This document shows, piece after piece, positions 54,883 to 64,000 of a stretch of 64,000 nt of DNA. The notes under the pieces are model-generated. The model saw only the letters and a program-made list of their open reading frames with translations. It was not told the origin of the DNA and did no database searches. Each line of letters opens with the position of its first letter. Position 1 is the stretch's first letter. Source of the DNA: Rikenellaceae bacterium (GTDB taxonomy: Bacteria > Bacteroidota > Bacteroidia > Bacteroidales > Rikenellaceae); the NCBI GenBank assembly GCA_031553875.1, contig JAVBKU010000005.1, positions 43,547 through 107,546 of the forward strand, given 5' to 3'. Made by a program: the position numbers and the translations under genes.

Positions 54883-56129
54883 CTTTTTTAAGCGCCGGCG
54901 ACGTCGCGTTCCTTCGTTCCTCGGAGGCGAGGCAGGCCATTGAGGATAATCTCGACCGTTCTCCCGCCGATTTCGCCATAGCACTGTCGCGCGGAGGTTT
55001 CTCCCCCGCAGAACGCGCGGCGCTTGCCGGGCAGCTCAAATACCTGCAACGCTCCCGCTCCAAACTGCCACGTTACTACGCGTCAAGGTGTATCATCCCA
55101 CCCCTTTCGTTCGAGCAGTCTAGTAGTGAGGAAAGCGCTGCGACGAAGGAATTCTCCGGCGGGCTGTGTATCGACCTCACTTGCGGCCTCGGAGTCGACT
55201 CGCTTAACTTTTCAGGTCGCTTCGACAGGGTGATATCCGTGGAGGCCGACCCGGTGCTGTGCGAGGTCGCCAGATATAATTTCGACCTGCTCGGCGCGAA
55301 AAATATAGAGGTGGTAAATTCCACAGCCGAAGAATTTGTTCGAAAGTACTCCGGCCCGAAAGCCGACCTCATATATATCGACCCCGCCCGCCGCGGCGAC
55401 GATGGCCACAAGGTGTTCCTGATACACGAATGCTCGCCCGACGTACTGGCGCTGATGCCTCGTCTCAAAGAAATAGCCGGAAGAATCGTGATAAAACTAT
55501 CTCCCCTGTTCGACGTAGAGGAGGCGTTCAGGCTTTTCGGCGGCGGCATCGCGGTCGAGGTGGTATCCTCGCACGGGGAGTGCAAAGAGGTGGTCGTGGA
55601 CATCGTCCCGGGGGATAAGGAGCGGCAGGGCCAGATAAAGGTCACTGCCACGGGAATGGGCAGCGTATCATTCCCTCGCTGCACCCGGGAAACTGCGACG
55701 CCCAATCAGAAGGCCGGCCAGCACGAAAATCCCACCGCCGCAAATCCCGACCCCGCTACCTACCCCTACCTGCTTATCCCCGACGTAGGCTTCTACAAGG
55801 CAAGACTACTAAAAGATTACCTGCCGGGCGGCGACTATCTAATATACTCGCCTACGGGGTTCGTACTCTCCCGCTCCATACCTCAGAATTTCATGGGCGA
55901 AGCCTATAAAATAGACCGCATGGAGCCTTACAAACCCAAAGCGCTCAAAAAATTCCTATCCTCCGAAAGTATCCGCCGCCTTACCATACTCAAAAAATCA
56001 TTCCCCCTGTCCACCGAAGAAATTACACGCTCGCTGGGTATATCCCAGGGCGGCCCGCCTGCGGCATTCACCGAGATAGGCGGCGAAAAACTTGTATTTT
56101 TCCTCTCCGCGACCGACACCACAAGATAG
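54840..56129 (+). CDS. class I SAM-dependent methyltransferase with THUMP-like C-terminal region
   Basis: SAM motif I is CIDLTCGLGVDS, followed by DLIYIDPARR. There is no in-frame ATG between 54645 and about 55450, so the start is provisionally placed at GTG 54840, which overlaps comEC by 43 nt. Confidence 0.65.
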   Translation: MGRQQTSKTLNQAVAFLSAGDVAFLRSSEARQAIEDNLDRSPADFAIALSRGGFSPAERAALAGQLKYLQRSRSKLPRYYASRCIIPPLSFEQSSSEESAATKEFSGGLCIDLTCGLGVDSLNFSGRFDRVISVEADPVLCEVARYNFDLLGAKNIEVVNSTAEEFVRKYSGPKADLIYIDPARRGDDGHKVFLIHECSPDVLALMPRLKEIAGRIVIKLSPLFDVEEAFRLFGGGIAVEVVSSHGECKEVVVDIVPGDKERQGQIKVTATGMGSVSFPRCTRETATPNQKAGQHENPTAANPDPATYPYLLIPDVGFYKARLLKDYLPGGDYLIYSPTGFVLSRSIPQNFMGEAYKIDRMEPYKPKALKKFLSSESIRRLTILKKSFPLSTEEITRSLGISQGGPPAAFTEIGGEKLVFFLSATDTTR

Positions 56130-56194
56130 CCCCACCCCTATTGCTATCTTTCTAAAAACATTATCTTTGTAATCAATAAACACGCTGACTGGTC

Positions 56195-57520
56195 ATGATA
56201 AAGAAGCTGATAAACTATATAACCGAAGACATCTGGCACAAGGGCGAGTACGAGTACCGCTCCAAGAAGGTGCGCTGGGCCGTGAACCAGATCAAGGTGT
56301 TCATCTACACAGCGCGCGGGCTGGGCGAGCACAGCGTGTTGATACGCTCGGCGGCGCTGACGTTCTACACCATGACGGCCATTGTCCCCATCGCCGCCCT
56401 TATCTTCGGCGTGGCCAAGGGTTTCGGCATCGAACACGGCATCACGCAGAAACTCTACGCCTCGTTCCCGCAATATTCCGATGTGATCGACGCCTTCACC
56501 GAGTTCACCACCAACATACTCGAGCGCACGCGCGGGGGCCTTATCGCCTCGATCGGTTTCGTGATGCTGTTCTGGTCGGTGATGAAGGTGTTCGGCAACG
56601 CCGAGGCCGCCTTCAACAATATCTGGGAGGTGCGCAAGCAGCGCAAGATAACACGTAAGTTCAGCGACTATGTGACCATCATCTTCGTAGCCCCCATCCT
56701 GTGGATGATCTCCAGCAGCCTGAGGATGCACATACAGGACAAGCTGCTGGGATTCTCGTCATCGCCGTTCGTGAGTTTCCTGCTGTGGCTGGTGTCCATA
56801 CTCTCGATCTGCATAATGTTCACCTTCGTTTACAAGGTGATGCCCAACACCAAGGTGCGCACCATGAGCGCCCTTACAGCCGGGATAATTGCGGGTATAA
56901 TCTTCCAGGCGTTCCAGAGTTTCTACATCAACATACAGATGAACCTGTCGAGCTACAACGCCATATACGGTAGTTTCGCCGCCGTGCCTCTGTTTTTGAT
57001 CTGGGCGCAGATAAGCTGGCAGATCGTGCTGTTCGGGTGTGAGCTGTCGTTCTCCTATCAGAATATCCGAAAATACGAGTCGGAGCGCGAGGCGTCGCTG
57101 ATGAGCAACCGCTACAAGCAACACGCGATGCTACTGTCGATGTACGCCATCGGACGGGCATTCATCAACAACTGCGGCCCGATATCCTCGGATAATATAG
57201 CCAGCGCGTTCAATCTGCCCGTGAGGGTAGTCAGGGACGTAGTCTTCGAGCTCGAGAAGAGCGGACTGATAGTGGCCGTGAAGAGCGAGGACGATAAGGT
57301 CAACCTCTACGTGCCCACCGTCGACGTCAAGACTCTCACCATAGGAAGTGTACTCAATACGGTTGAAAATACAGGTAAATACCATATCGGGAATACGGAG
57401 AGCACACAATTAGAGGTGGTACACGAGGCGTATGATCGCATGAACGCCGCCATGCTCAAGTCGTCCTGCAATACGCCCCTGATGGAGCTTAAAATCGAAG
57501 GAGAATGCGCCTTGGCGTAA
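56195..57520 (+). CDS. YihY/BrkB-family membrane protein with C-terminal soluble extension
   Basis: 441 aa. The N-terminal part is YihY-like (RSAALTFYTMTAIVPIAALIFGV..., six TM segments). The ~130-aa C-terminal domain is of unknown function. Confidence 0.8.
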   Translation: MIKKLINYITEDIWHKGEYEYRSKKVRWAVNQIKVFIYTARGLGEHSVLIRSAALTFYTMTAIVPIAALIFGVAKGFGIEHGITQKLYASFPQYSDVIDAFTEFTTNILERTRGGLIASIGFVMLFWSVMKVFGNAEAAFNNIWEVRKQRKITRKFSDYVTIIFVAPILWMISSSLRMHIQDKLLGFSSSPFVSFLLWLVSILSICIMFTFVYKVMPNTKVRTMSALTAGIIAGIIFQAFQSFYINIQMNLSSYNAIYGSFAAVPLFLIWAQISWQIVLFGCELSFSYQNIRKYESEREASLMSNRYKQHAMLLSMYAIGRAFINNCGPISSDNIASAFNLPVRVVRDVVFELEKSGLIVAVKSEDDKVNLYVPTVDVKTLTIGSVLNTVENTGKYHIGNTESTQLEVVHEAYDRMNAAMLKSSCNTPLMELKIEGECALA

Positions 57521-58281
57521 CTATCATAGGCAGCGGCAGAGTGGCCGGCTCGTTGTGCGAAGCCATAAGCGGCAGCTCTTATGAGCTCCGCGAGGTGTGT
57601 GCGCGTAACGAAGCGAGGGGCCGGGCGTTGGCCGACGCTTTCGGTTGCGGCTATTGCGCCGACCCGGCCTATGCGGCCGATGCCGATATCTATATCATAT
57701 CCGTGAAAGACGATGCCATCGGCGAGGTGGCCTCGCGGCTGAAGCCCCCCAAGGGCGCTATCGTAGTGCACACGGCGGGAAGCGTGGCGATGTCGGCACT
57801 ACCCGGATCGTTCTGTCGCGGAGTGTTCTATCCCTTGCAGAGTTTCCCGGAGGGCAGGAAGATAAATTTCCGCGAGGTACCGCTGTTCCTCGAGGCCGAC
57901 ACGCCGGAAGTCATGGCTCGCCTTAAGGCTTTCGCCTCGGAGCTGTCCTACAGCGTAGCCGAAGCCGGAAGCGAAGAGCGCGCCCGGTTGCACTTAGCCG
58001 CCGTATTCGCCAGCAACTTTACAAACCACATGTACGCCATAGGCGAGGAAATATTACGGGAGTCGGGCATCGACCCCAAGGTCCTCGGTCCGCTGATAAT
58101 GGAAACGGCCGCGAAGGCCGCCGCCGCGCCCGCAGCCCGCATCGTACAGACCGGCCCCGCCGTGCGCGGCGACGCCAAGACCATGGAAGCCCAGCGCCGC
58201 AGGCTCTCCTCCAGGCCCGAATTGTTGTCCCTCTACGAAATAATAAGCAAAGAGATATGGGAAACTTCAAAGAAGATATAG
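57505..58281 (+). CDS. Rossmann-fold (ProC/F420-oxidoreductase-like N-terminus) plus DUF2520-type protein
   Basis: 258 aa with the dinucleotide-binding motif IIGSGRVAGSL. C-terminal LHLAAVFASNF and QTGPAVRGD are typical of DUF2520 proteins. Confidence 0.7.
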   Translation: MRLGVTIIGSGRVAGSLCEAISGSSYELREVCARNEARGRALADAFGCGYCADPAYAADADIYIISVKDDAIGEVASRLKPPKGAIVVHTAGSVAMSALPGSFCRGVFYPLQSFPEGRKINFREVPLFLEADTPEVMARLKAFASELSYSVAEAGSEERARLHLAAVFASNFTNHMYAIGEEILRESGIDPKVLGPLIMETAAKAAAAPAARIVQTGPAVRGDAKTMEAQRRRLSSRPELLSLYEIISKEIWETSKKI

Positions 58282-58790
58282 CCCGCGTCAGGGCCTTCGT
58301 GTTCGACGTCGATGGCGTGTTCACCGACGGGGGCATCATCGTCAATCCCCAGGGCGATTTCGTGCGCCTGTATAATTCCAAGGACGGTTTCGCCGTGGCC
58401 CACGCCCTGCGCAAAGGGTACAAATTTTGCATAATAACCGGCGGAAGGGGCGAATGCCTCAGCATCCGCTTCAAGATGTTAGGCATAACCGACATCCACC
58501 TCAACTGCACCGAGAAGCTCGCCGCCCTGCGCGGATACCTGGAGCGCGAGGCATTGGAGGCGGACGAAGTGATGTATATGGGCGACGATATCCCCGACAT
58601 CGAGCCCATGATCCACGTGGGCATGCCCGTATGCCCGCAGGACGCGGCCAGCGAGGTAGTGGGCATTTCGCGCTATGTGTCGCAGTTCCCCGGAGGGCGT
58701 GGCTGCGTGCGCGACGTCATAGAGCAGGTGCTGCGCTCTCGCGGCGACTGGGTCTCTTCGGGCGAACACGTGACCATAGCCTCACGTTAA
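58257..58790 (+). CDS. kdsC: 3-deoxy-D-manno-octulosonate-8-phosphate phosphatase (HAD-IIIA)
   Basis: 177 aa with the HAD motif I FVFDVDGVFTDG and GDDIPD. Confidence 0.88.
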   Translation: MGNFKEDIARVRAFVFDVDGVFTDGGIIVNPQGDFVRLYNSKDGFAVAHALRKGYKFCIITGGRGECLSIRFKMLGITDIHLNCTEKLAALRGYLEREALEADEVMYMGDDIPDIEPMIHVGMPVCPQDAASEVVGISRYVSQFPGGRGCVRDVIEQVLRSRGDWVSSGEHVTIASR

Positions 58791-58948
58791 CCTCACAGCC
58801 CCACCCCTAAATCACCCCTTAACGACTTCCTGCGGAGGATAGCAACATCCCCCACGGGTTTTATGCGAGCGGATAGCGCTAACTATATTGTTTTAGATTT
58901 CTTTTTTACTATATTCGTTTTAGCAATTAACCATAATCAGATCAGCCT

Positions 58949-60610
58949 ATGCTACAAGAGAACCTTATAAGGATGTATGAACAGAGCTTCAAGGAACATC
59001 GCGAACTGCCCGCCCTGACCGACTATTTCAAGGGCGAGCAATTCTCTTATTTCGAGATGGCCAAGGAGATAGCCAAAGTACATCTGCTCTTCGAAGAGTG
59101 CAAAATCGAACGCGGCGACAGGATCGCGCTTATCGGACGCAACAACCCGCGTTGGTGTATCGCCTACCTCGCCACTATGACCTACGGCGCGGTGATAGTG
59201 CCCATCCTCCAGGAGTTCAATCCCAACGACGTACAGCATATCATCAACCACTCCGGCTCGGTGTTGCTGTTCGCGGGCGACCAATTCTGGGAAACCATCG
59301 ACGAAGACGCCATAGAGAATATCAGGGCCGCCTTCTCGCTCACCGACTTCAGTTGTATTTATGAAGCCAAGGGTGGCTCGATAACGGACTTCCAGAAGAA
59401 CATCATGCGCCACTACCGCAAGGCCTATCCGCGCGGTTTCACCACCGATAATATAAGTTATCCGGAGGTACCCAACGAAGACATGGTACTACTCAACTAC
59501 ACCTCGGGGACGACGGGTTTCAGCAAGGGCGTGATGCTCTCGTGCAACAACCTCACGGGCAACGTGGTACTGGGTATACGCACCAACCTCCACTACCCGG
59601 GCAGCCGCGCGCTGTCGTTCCTGCCGCTGGCCCACGCCTACGGCTGCGCCTTCGACTTCCTGCTGCCTATGGCCACAGGGAGCCACGTCACCCTCCTGGG
59701 TCGTATGCCGGCTCCCAAAGTGCTTGTAGAAGCCTTGGGCGAGGTCAAGCCCAACCTTATATGCTGCGTTCCCATGATCATGGAGAAGATCTACCGCAAA
59801 CAGATCAAGCCCAACCTCGAAAAAGGCGTGGTGCGCATAGCCCTCAAGGTACCCCTGCTGGACAGCACCATTCTCGCCACGATACGCAATAAGATGATCG
59901 CCACCTTCGGGGGTAATTTCACCCAGGTACTCGTAGGCGGTGCACCGCTGAATGAGGAGGTCGAAGAATTCCTGATCAAGATCAAGTTCCCGTTCACGGT
60001 GGGTTACGGAATGACCGAATGCGCCCCGCTTATCAGCTACACTCCCTATACGGACTTCGTTCCCAGGTCGTGCGGCATGGTGCTCGACGGGCTTATGACC
60101 GCCAAGATCGAAAGCCCCGACCCGGTAAACGTTCCCGGCGAGATATGTGTAAAGGGCGAACACGTGATGACGGGCTACTACAAGAACCCCAAAGCCACCG
60201 AAGAGATGTTCGACAGCGACGGCTGGATGCGTACTGGCGATATAGGCACTATGCTCCCCGATGGCACCCTTTTTATCCGCGGACGCAACAAGAGCATGAT
60301 CCTCGGCTCCAACGGACAGAATATCTATCCCGAGGAGATCGAGAGTAAGCTCAACAATATGTACTGCGTGATGGAGAGTCTCGTCCTCGAGAGGGAGGGC
60401 AAGCTGGTGGCCCTGGTCTGCCCTGACTACGAACAGATGGACTCCGACGGCATATCCCACAGCGAAGCCCAGAACATTATGGATGAGAACCTCAAGGTGC
60501 TCAACACCCTTGTGGCCCCCTTCGAAAAGGTAACGAGCATATCGCTCTACCCCAACGAATTTGCCAAAACTCCCAAGAGGAGCATCAAGCGTTACCTCTA
60601 CACGGTATAA
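58949..60610 (+). CDS. AMP-binding enzyme, long-chain fatty-acid-CoA ligase-like
   Basis: 553 aa with the AMP-binding motifs YTSGTTGFSKGV, GYGMTE and TGDIG..DG.L.I.GR.K. Confidence 0.88.
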   Translation: MLQENLIRMYEQSFKEHRELPALTDYFKGEQFSYFEMAKEIAKVHLLFEECKIERGDRIALIGRNNPRWCIAYLATMTYGAVIVPILQEFNPNDVQHIINHSGSVLLFAGDQFWETIDEDAIENIRAAFSLTDFSCIYEAKGGSITDFQKNIMRHYRKAYPRGFTTDNISYPEVPNEDMVLLNYTSGTTGFSKGVMLSCNNLTGNVVLGIRTNLHYPGSRALSFLPLAHAYGCAFDFLLPMATGSHVTLLGRMPAPKVLVEALGEVKPNLICCVPMIMEKIYRKQIKPNLEKGVVRIALKVPLLDSTILATIRNKMIATFGGNFTQVLVGGAPLNEEVEEFLIKIKFPFTVGYGMTECAPLISYTPYTDFVPRSCGMVLDGLMTAKIESPDPVNVPGEICVKGEHVMTGYYKNPKATEEMFDSDGWMRTGDIGTMLPDGTLFIRGRNKSMILGSNGQNIYPEEIESKLNNMYCVMESLVLEREGKLVALVCPDYEQMDSDGISHSEAQNIMDENLKVLNTLVAPFEKVTSISLYPNEFAKTPKRSIKRYLYTV

Positions 60611-60664
60611 CCGGCAGGGAGGCGTGGAGATTATCCTCCGCCCTGTTCCTTCGACACCCCCGGC

Positions 60665-60702
60665 GGTGCGGCATAATAACTTATGCCGCACCGCTTCTTT
60701 TT
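60665..60702 (+). terminator. rho-independent terminator of the acyl-CoA ligase gene
   Basis: GGTGCGGCATAA-TAAC-TTATGCCGCACC is followed by GCTTCTTTTT. Confidence 0.8.
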
Positions 60703-60794
60703 GCCATTTCTCCGGAGCCACGTACCTGCTCCCAATCAAAAACAGGGTTTTATTTGGAAACCATGCAATAAAATACTTACCTTTACGCTCGATA

Positions 60795-60850
60795 TATGTG
60801 GAAAGATTTGGCCGCTTGCAACCACAGAAAAAAATGCTAAAATTTCGTAG
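60795..60850 (+). promoter_or_regulatory. possible SAM-II/SAM-V-like pseudoknot riboswitch upstream of metK
   Basis: GAUUUGGCCGCUUGCAACCACAGAAAAAAAUGCUAAAAUU resembles my recollection of the SAM-II consensus (GAUUU ... GCUUG ... A-run ... GCUAAAA). It lies about 70 nt upstream of the metK ATG. It has not been verified against a covariance model. Confidence 0.3.
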
Positions 60851-60917
60851 TATTTGTTCCTGCTTATCAGCCAGCTGAGTTTTTCCCATTTAATACGAAC
60901 TTAAAACCTCTATTAAA

Positions 60918-62219
60918 ATGGGATTTTTATTTACATCGGAATCCGTTTCCGAAGGACACCCCGACAAGGTGTCAGACCAGATTTCCGACGCTATACTCGA
61001 TGAGTTCCTGCGTCGCGACCCCAATTCAAAAGTAGCTTGCGAAACCCTCTGCACCACAGGTCTTGTGGTCGTGGCGGGCGAGGTGCGTTCCGAGGCGTAC
61101 GTAGACGTGCAGAGCGTGACCCGCAGGGTCATCAATCGCATCGGCTACACCAAGAGCGAGTACATGTTCGACGGCAATTCGTGCGGCATCCTTTCAGCCA
61201 TCCACGAGCAATCGGGCGACATCAACCAGGGCGTGGTTAGGGCTACCGACGACGAGCAGGGCGCCGGCGACCAGGGTATTATGTTCGGCTACGCCTGCAA
61301 CGAAACCAGAGAGTACATGCCCGCCACGCTCATCCTCTCGCACGTTATCCTCAAGGAACTGGCTGTTATCCGCCGCGAGAGCAAGGATATGACCTACCTG
61401 CGCCCCGACTCCAAGAGTCAGGTGACCATCGAGTACGACGACAATGGCAAGCCCCTGCGTATCCACACCATAGTTGTGTCGACCCAGCATGACGAGTTCA
61501 TCAAGGCCGACAAAAAAATGACCGAAAAAGAGGCCGAGGTCGCCATGGGCAAGAAGATCAAGGACGACGTGCGCCATATTCTCATACCCCGCGTGAAGGC
61601 TCGCCTGAAGCGCGCTAATGACAAGCTCGCCGACCTTATCGGCAACGACTACATACTCCACGTGAACCCTACCGGCAAGTTCGTCATCGGCGGGCCCCAC
61701 GGCGACACCGGTCTCACCGGCCGCAAGATCATCGTCGACACCTACGGGGGCCGCGGCGCCCACGGCGGCGGCGCATTCTCCGGCAAGGACTCCTCGAAGG
61801 TCGACCGCTCGGCCGCCTACGCCGCCCGCCACATAGCCAAGAATATGGTGGCTGCCGGTATCGCCGATCAGGTATTAGTACAGCTCTCCTACGCCATCGG
61901 CATCGCCGAGCCCTTGAGCGTATATGTCGACACCTACGGCTCTCCCCGCCCCGCGGCCCTCAAGGGTATGAGCGACGGCGAGATAGCCGAACGTATCGGC
62001 AAGCTCTTTGACCTGCGTCCCGCGAGGATCATATCGCGTTTCGGCCTGAAAAACCCCATATTCGAAGCCACAGCCTCCTACGGCCACTTCGGCGGCAGGC
62101 CCTATACCCAGGACGTGGAGTTCTTCGAGAACGGCAAGAGCGTGATGCGCCCCGTGGAGTTCTTCGCGTGGGAGAACCTCGACGCCATCGACGAGATAAA
62201 GAAAGAATTCGGGCTGTAA
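60918..62219 (+). CDS. metK: S-adenosylmethionine synthase
   Basis: 433 aa with [36 protein letters not shown] and GGGAFSGKD. Confidence 0.95.
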   Translation: MGFLFTSESVSEGHPDKVSDQISDAILDEFLRRDPNSKVACETLCTTGLVVVAGEVRSEAYVDVQSVTRRVINRIGYTKSEYMFDGNSCGILSAIHEQSGDINQGVVRATDDEQGAGDQGIMFGYACNETREYMPATLILSHVILKELAVIRRESKDMTYLRPDSKSQVTIEYDDNGKPLRIHTIVVSTQHDEFIKADKKMTEKEAEVAMGKKIKDDVRHILIPRVKARLKRANDKLADLIGNDYILHVNPTGKFVIGGPHGDTGLTGRKIIVDTYGGRGAHGGGAFSGKDSSKVDRSAAYAARHIAKNMVAAGIADQVLVQLSYAIGIAEPLSVYVDTYGSPRPAALKGMSDGEIAERIGKLFDLRPARIISRFGLKNPIFEATASYGHFGGRPYTQDVEFFENGKSVMRPVEFFAWENLDAIDEIKKEFGL

Positions 62220-62262
62220 CCGACAATACCGGCTCGCCCGTACAGGCTGAGCCAAACATTCA

Positions 62263-62304
62263 GGGGGCGGGAAGTATCGCGAATACTTCCCGCCCCCCTT
62301 TTTT
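62263..62304 (+). terminator. rho-independent terminator of metK
   Basis: GGGGGCGGGAAGTAT-CGCGA-ATACTTCCCGCCCCC is followed by CTTTTTT. Confidence 0.85.
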
Positions 62305-62519
62305 GCCCCTTGCAGTGACAATAAACCCCGTTTCGGGCGCGTTTATATCTCACACGATTATCGGATACAGAGCAGTTTCCCGCCGGGTAAAATAATTTCC
62401 TGCGGCAGGCGTTATATCCATACAAAAAAGTTTCCGCCGAGGGCCGAAAGGAACGTGATTTGCGGGGCTATATAAAATCAAAATAACTCATAAATACAAC
62501 TAAAAATAAATTCGTCGTT

Positions 62520-64000
62520 ATGAAAAGGTCCATTTTCCTCGCCGGTGCCGTCCTGTTGGCATCGGCCCTGGCCGGAGGTATCACGGCCTATACGGTAAGC
62601 AACCTCATCGACAACGGCTCCGATCACCCCGCCGCCGTGCGCGGCGACTATCCCGGGGCCTCAGAAACCCGTTTTACGGCATCGGAGCAGTCGGGCTACC
62701 CTGACCTCACCTTTGCGGCGGAAAGTGCCGTAAAGGCCGTGGTAAACATCGTGAAGACCGAAGAGGTGCAGGCACAGAACCCGTTCGGCGGCGGCAGCGA
62801 CCCTTTCTTCGAGTTTTTCGGCATTCCCCGCGGGCGCAGTTATCAGCAGGCCCCCGCACAGGAACGCCGTAGCGGAGGCTCTGGGGTCATCATCTCGCCC
62901 GACGGCTATATCGTGACCAACAATCACGTGGTGGACAACGCCAAGGAGCTCAAGGTCACATTAAATGACAATACCTCTTACAAGGCCAAGGTCATCGGCA
63001 CCGACCCCACGACCGACCTCGCCGTGATCAAGATCGAGGCCAAAGACCTGCCCATTATCCCCTTCGGCGACTCCGACGCCCTGCGCCTCGGAGAGTGGGT
63101 GCTGGCCATCGGCAGCCCCTACGACCTGCGCTCCACCGTGACAGCCGGTATCGTGAGCGCCAAGGCGCGTAACCTCGACATAATCCCCAACCAGTTCCGT
63201 ATCGAGTCGTTCATCCAGACCGACGCCGCCGTGAATCCAGGCAATAGTGGGGGTGCACTGGTCAACATCCGCGGTGAACTGGTGGGCATCAACACCGTCA
63301 TCAAGTCGCCCACAGGCAGTTTCACCGGCTACTCGTTCGCCGTCCCCACCTCGATAGTCAAGAAAGTGGTGGTCGACCTCAAGGAATATGGCGTCGTGCA
63401 GCGCGCCCTGCTGGGTATCAGCTTCCAGGAGATAGACGATGATTTCATAGAGCGTGAGGGTAAAAAGACCGGCATCACCGAGCGCGGTGGCATATACGTA
63501 GCCCAGGTCGATCCCGCGGGTGCGGCAGCCGCGGCGGGCATTAAGTCCGGCGACGTGATCACCGGCATCGACGGCATCGCCATGAACAGTACCTCGCAGA
63601 TACTCGAGCTCATAGCCAAGCACCGTCCCAACGACGAGGTAAAAGTTTCTGTAAAAAGAGACGGACAAGTGAAACAATTCGATGTCGTTTTACGTAATAG
63701 GTCAGGCGATACTTCCGTAGTGAAGAGCGACGCCGTCTATGCCATGGACGCCCTGGGCGGCAAATTTGCCGAGATTGGCGACAAGGATAAGCGGAGTTTA
63801 AAGATCGCCGGCGGGGTGCAGGTGGTGTCCATCTCCCCCAAGGGCCTGCTCAGCAAGGCGAGGGTACGCGAAGGTTATATCATCACGCGCATCAACGATA
63901 CGCCGGTGAACAAGCTGAGCGACCTTAACAGGATTAACACAAAAATTGAAAGCATAGAAGGGGTATACCCCGACGGCAGGGCTGCCAGCTACTCCATAAT
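62520..64000 (+). CDS. htrA: periplasmic serine endoprotease DegP/HtrA (Do family), C-terminus runs off the window end
   Basis: Missing from the ORF track because it is open-ended. My translation from ATG 62520 gives MKRSIFLAGAVLLASALAG.... It has the catalytic-triad motifs TNNHVV, DLAVIKI and GNSGGALVN, followed by two PDZ-like regions (GIYVAQVDPAGAAAAAGIKSGDVITGIDG..., GVQVVSISPKGLLSKARVREGYIITRIND). Confidence 0.9.
   Translation, partial: MKRSIFLAGAVLLASALAGGITAYTVSNLIDNGSDHPAAVRGDYPGASETRFTASEQSGYPDLTFAAESAVKAVVNIVKTEEVQAQNPFGGGSDPFFEFFGIPRGRSYQQAPAQERRSGGSGVIISPDGYIVTNNHVVDNAKELKVTLNDNTSYKAKVIGTDPTTDLAVIKIEAKDLPIIPFGDSDALRLGEWVLAIGSPYDLRSTVTAGIVSAKARNLDIIPNQFRIESFIQTDAAVNPGNSGGALVNIRGELVGINTVIKSPTGSFTGYSFAVPTSIVKKVVVDLKEYGVVQRALLGISFQEIDDDFIEREGKKTGITERGGIYVAQVDPAGAAAAAGIKSGDVITGIDGIAMNSTSQILELIAKHRPNDEVKVSVKRDGQVKQFDVVLRNRSGDTSVVKSDAVYAMDALGGKFAEIGDKDKRSLKIAGGVQVVSISPKGLLSKARVREGYIITRINDTPVNKLSDLNRINTKIESIEGVYPDGRAASYSI

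Overview
Read by eye, this is a gene-dense, GC-rich chromosomal segment. Gene content and order point to Bacteroidales (Bacteroidota); I cannot name the genus. Evidence for that placement: an ExbB/ExbD/TonB set, a TonB-dependent receptor with a CarboxypepD_reg-type N-terminus, an arginine operon starting with a GNAT gene, a thrA / phosphoglycerate-mutase-like / thrC operon, a fused FeoAB, and TAnnTTTG-type promoter boxes. About 55 protein genes and 3 tRNAs (Cys-GCA, Ser-GGA, Ala-GGC) can be supported. They include a glutaminase / porin / GadC / GadB acid-resistance operon, dprA, tatD, rlmN, hflX, upp, lnt, cmk, efp, cysE, prmA, xerD, comEC, kdsC, metK and a partial htrA. There are no rRNA genes, CRISPR arrays, transposases, phage genes or recognisable defence genes. 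Many long ORFs in the supplied track are antisense artefacts of the high GC content. Two things are not explained by ordinary annotation. (1) A modular system of intergenic repeats sits at seven or more loci. It comprises a ~170-nt element in 4 near-identical copies, a ~150-200-nt imperfect-palindrome element in 4 copies, a ~85-nt module in 2 copies, and many short hairpins. Several hairpins show compensatory stem changes, and one module is nested inside another. (2) Three divergent paralogous secreted or membrane proteins of unknown family are wedged between argG and argC, and the first two look more AT-rich than their neighbours. Smaller leads: a porin gene translationally coupled inside the GAD operon, a candidate MTTT leader peptide upstream of thrA, a structured leader upstream of the arg operon, a possible SAM-II-like element upstream of metK, and a His-rich small membrane protein paired with a TonB-dependent receptor.
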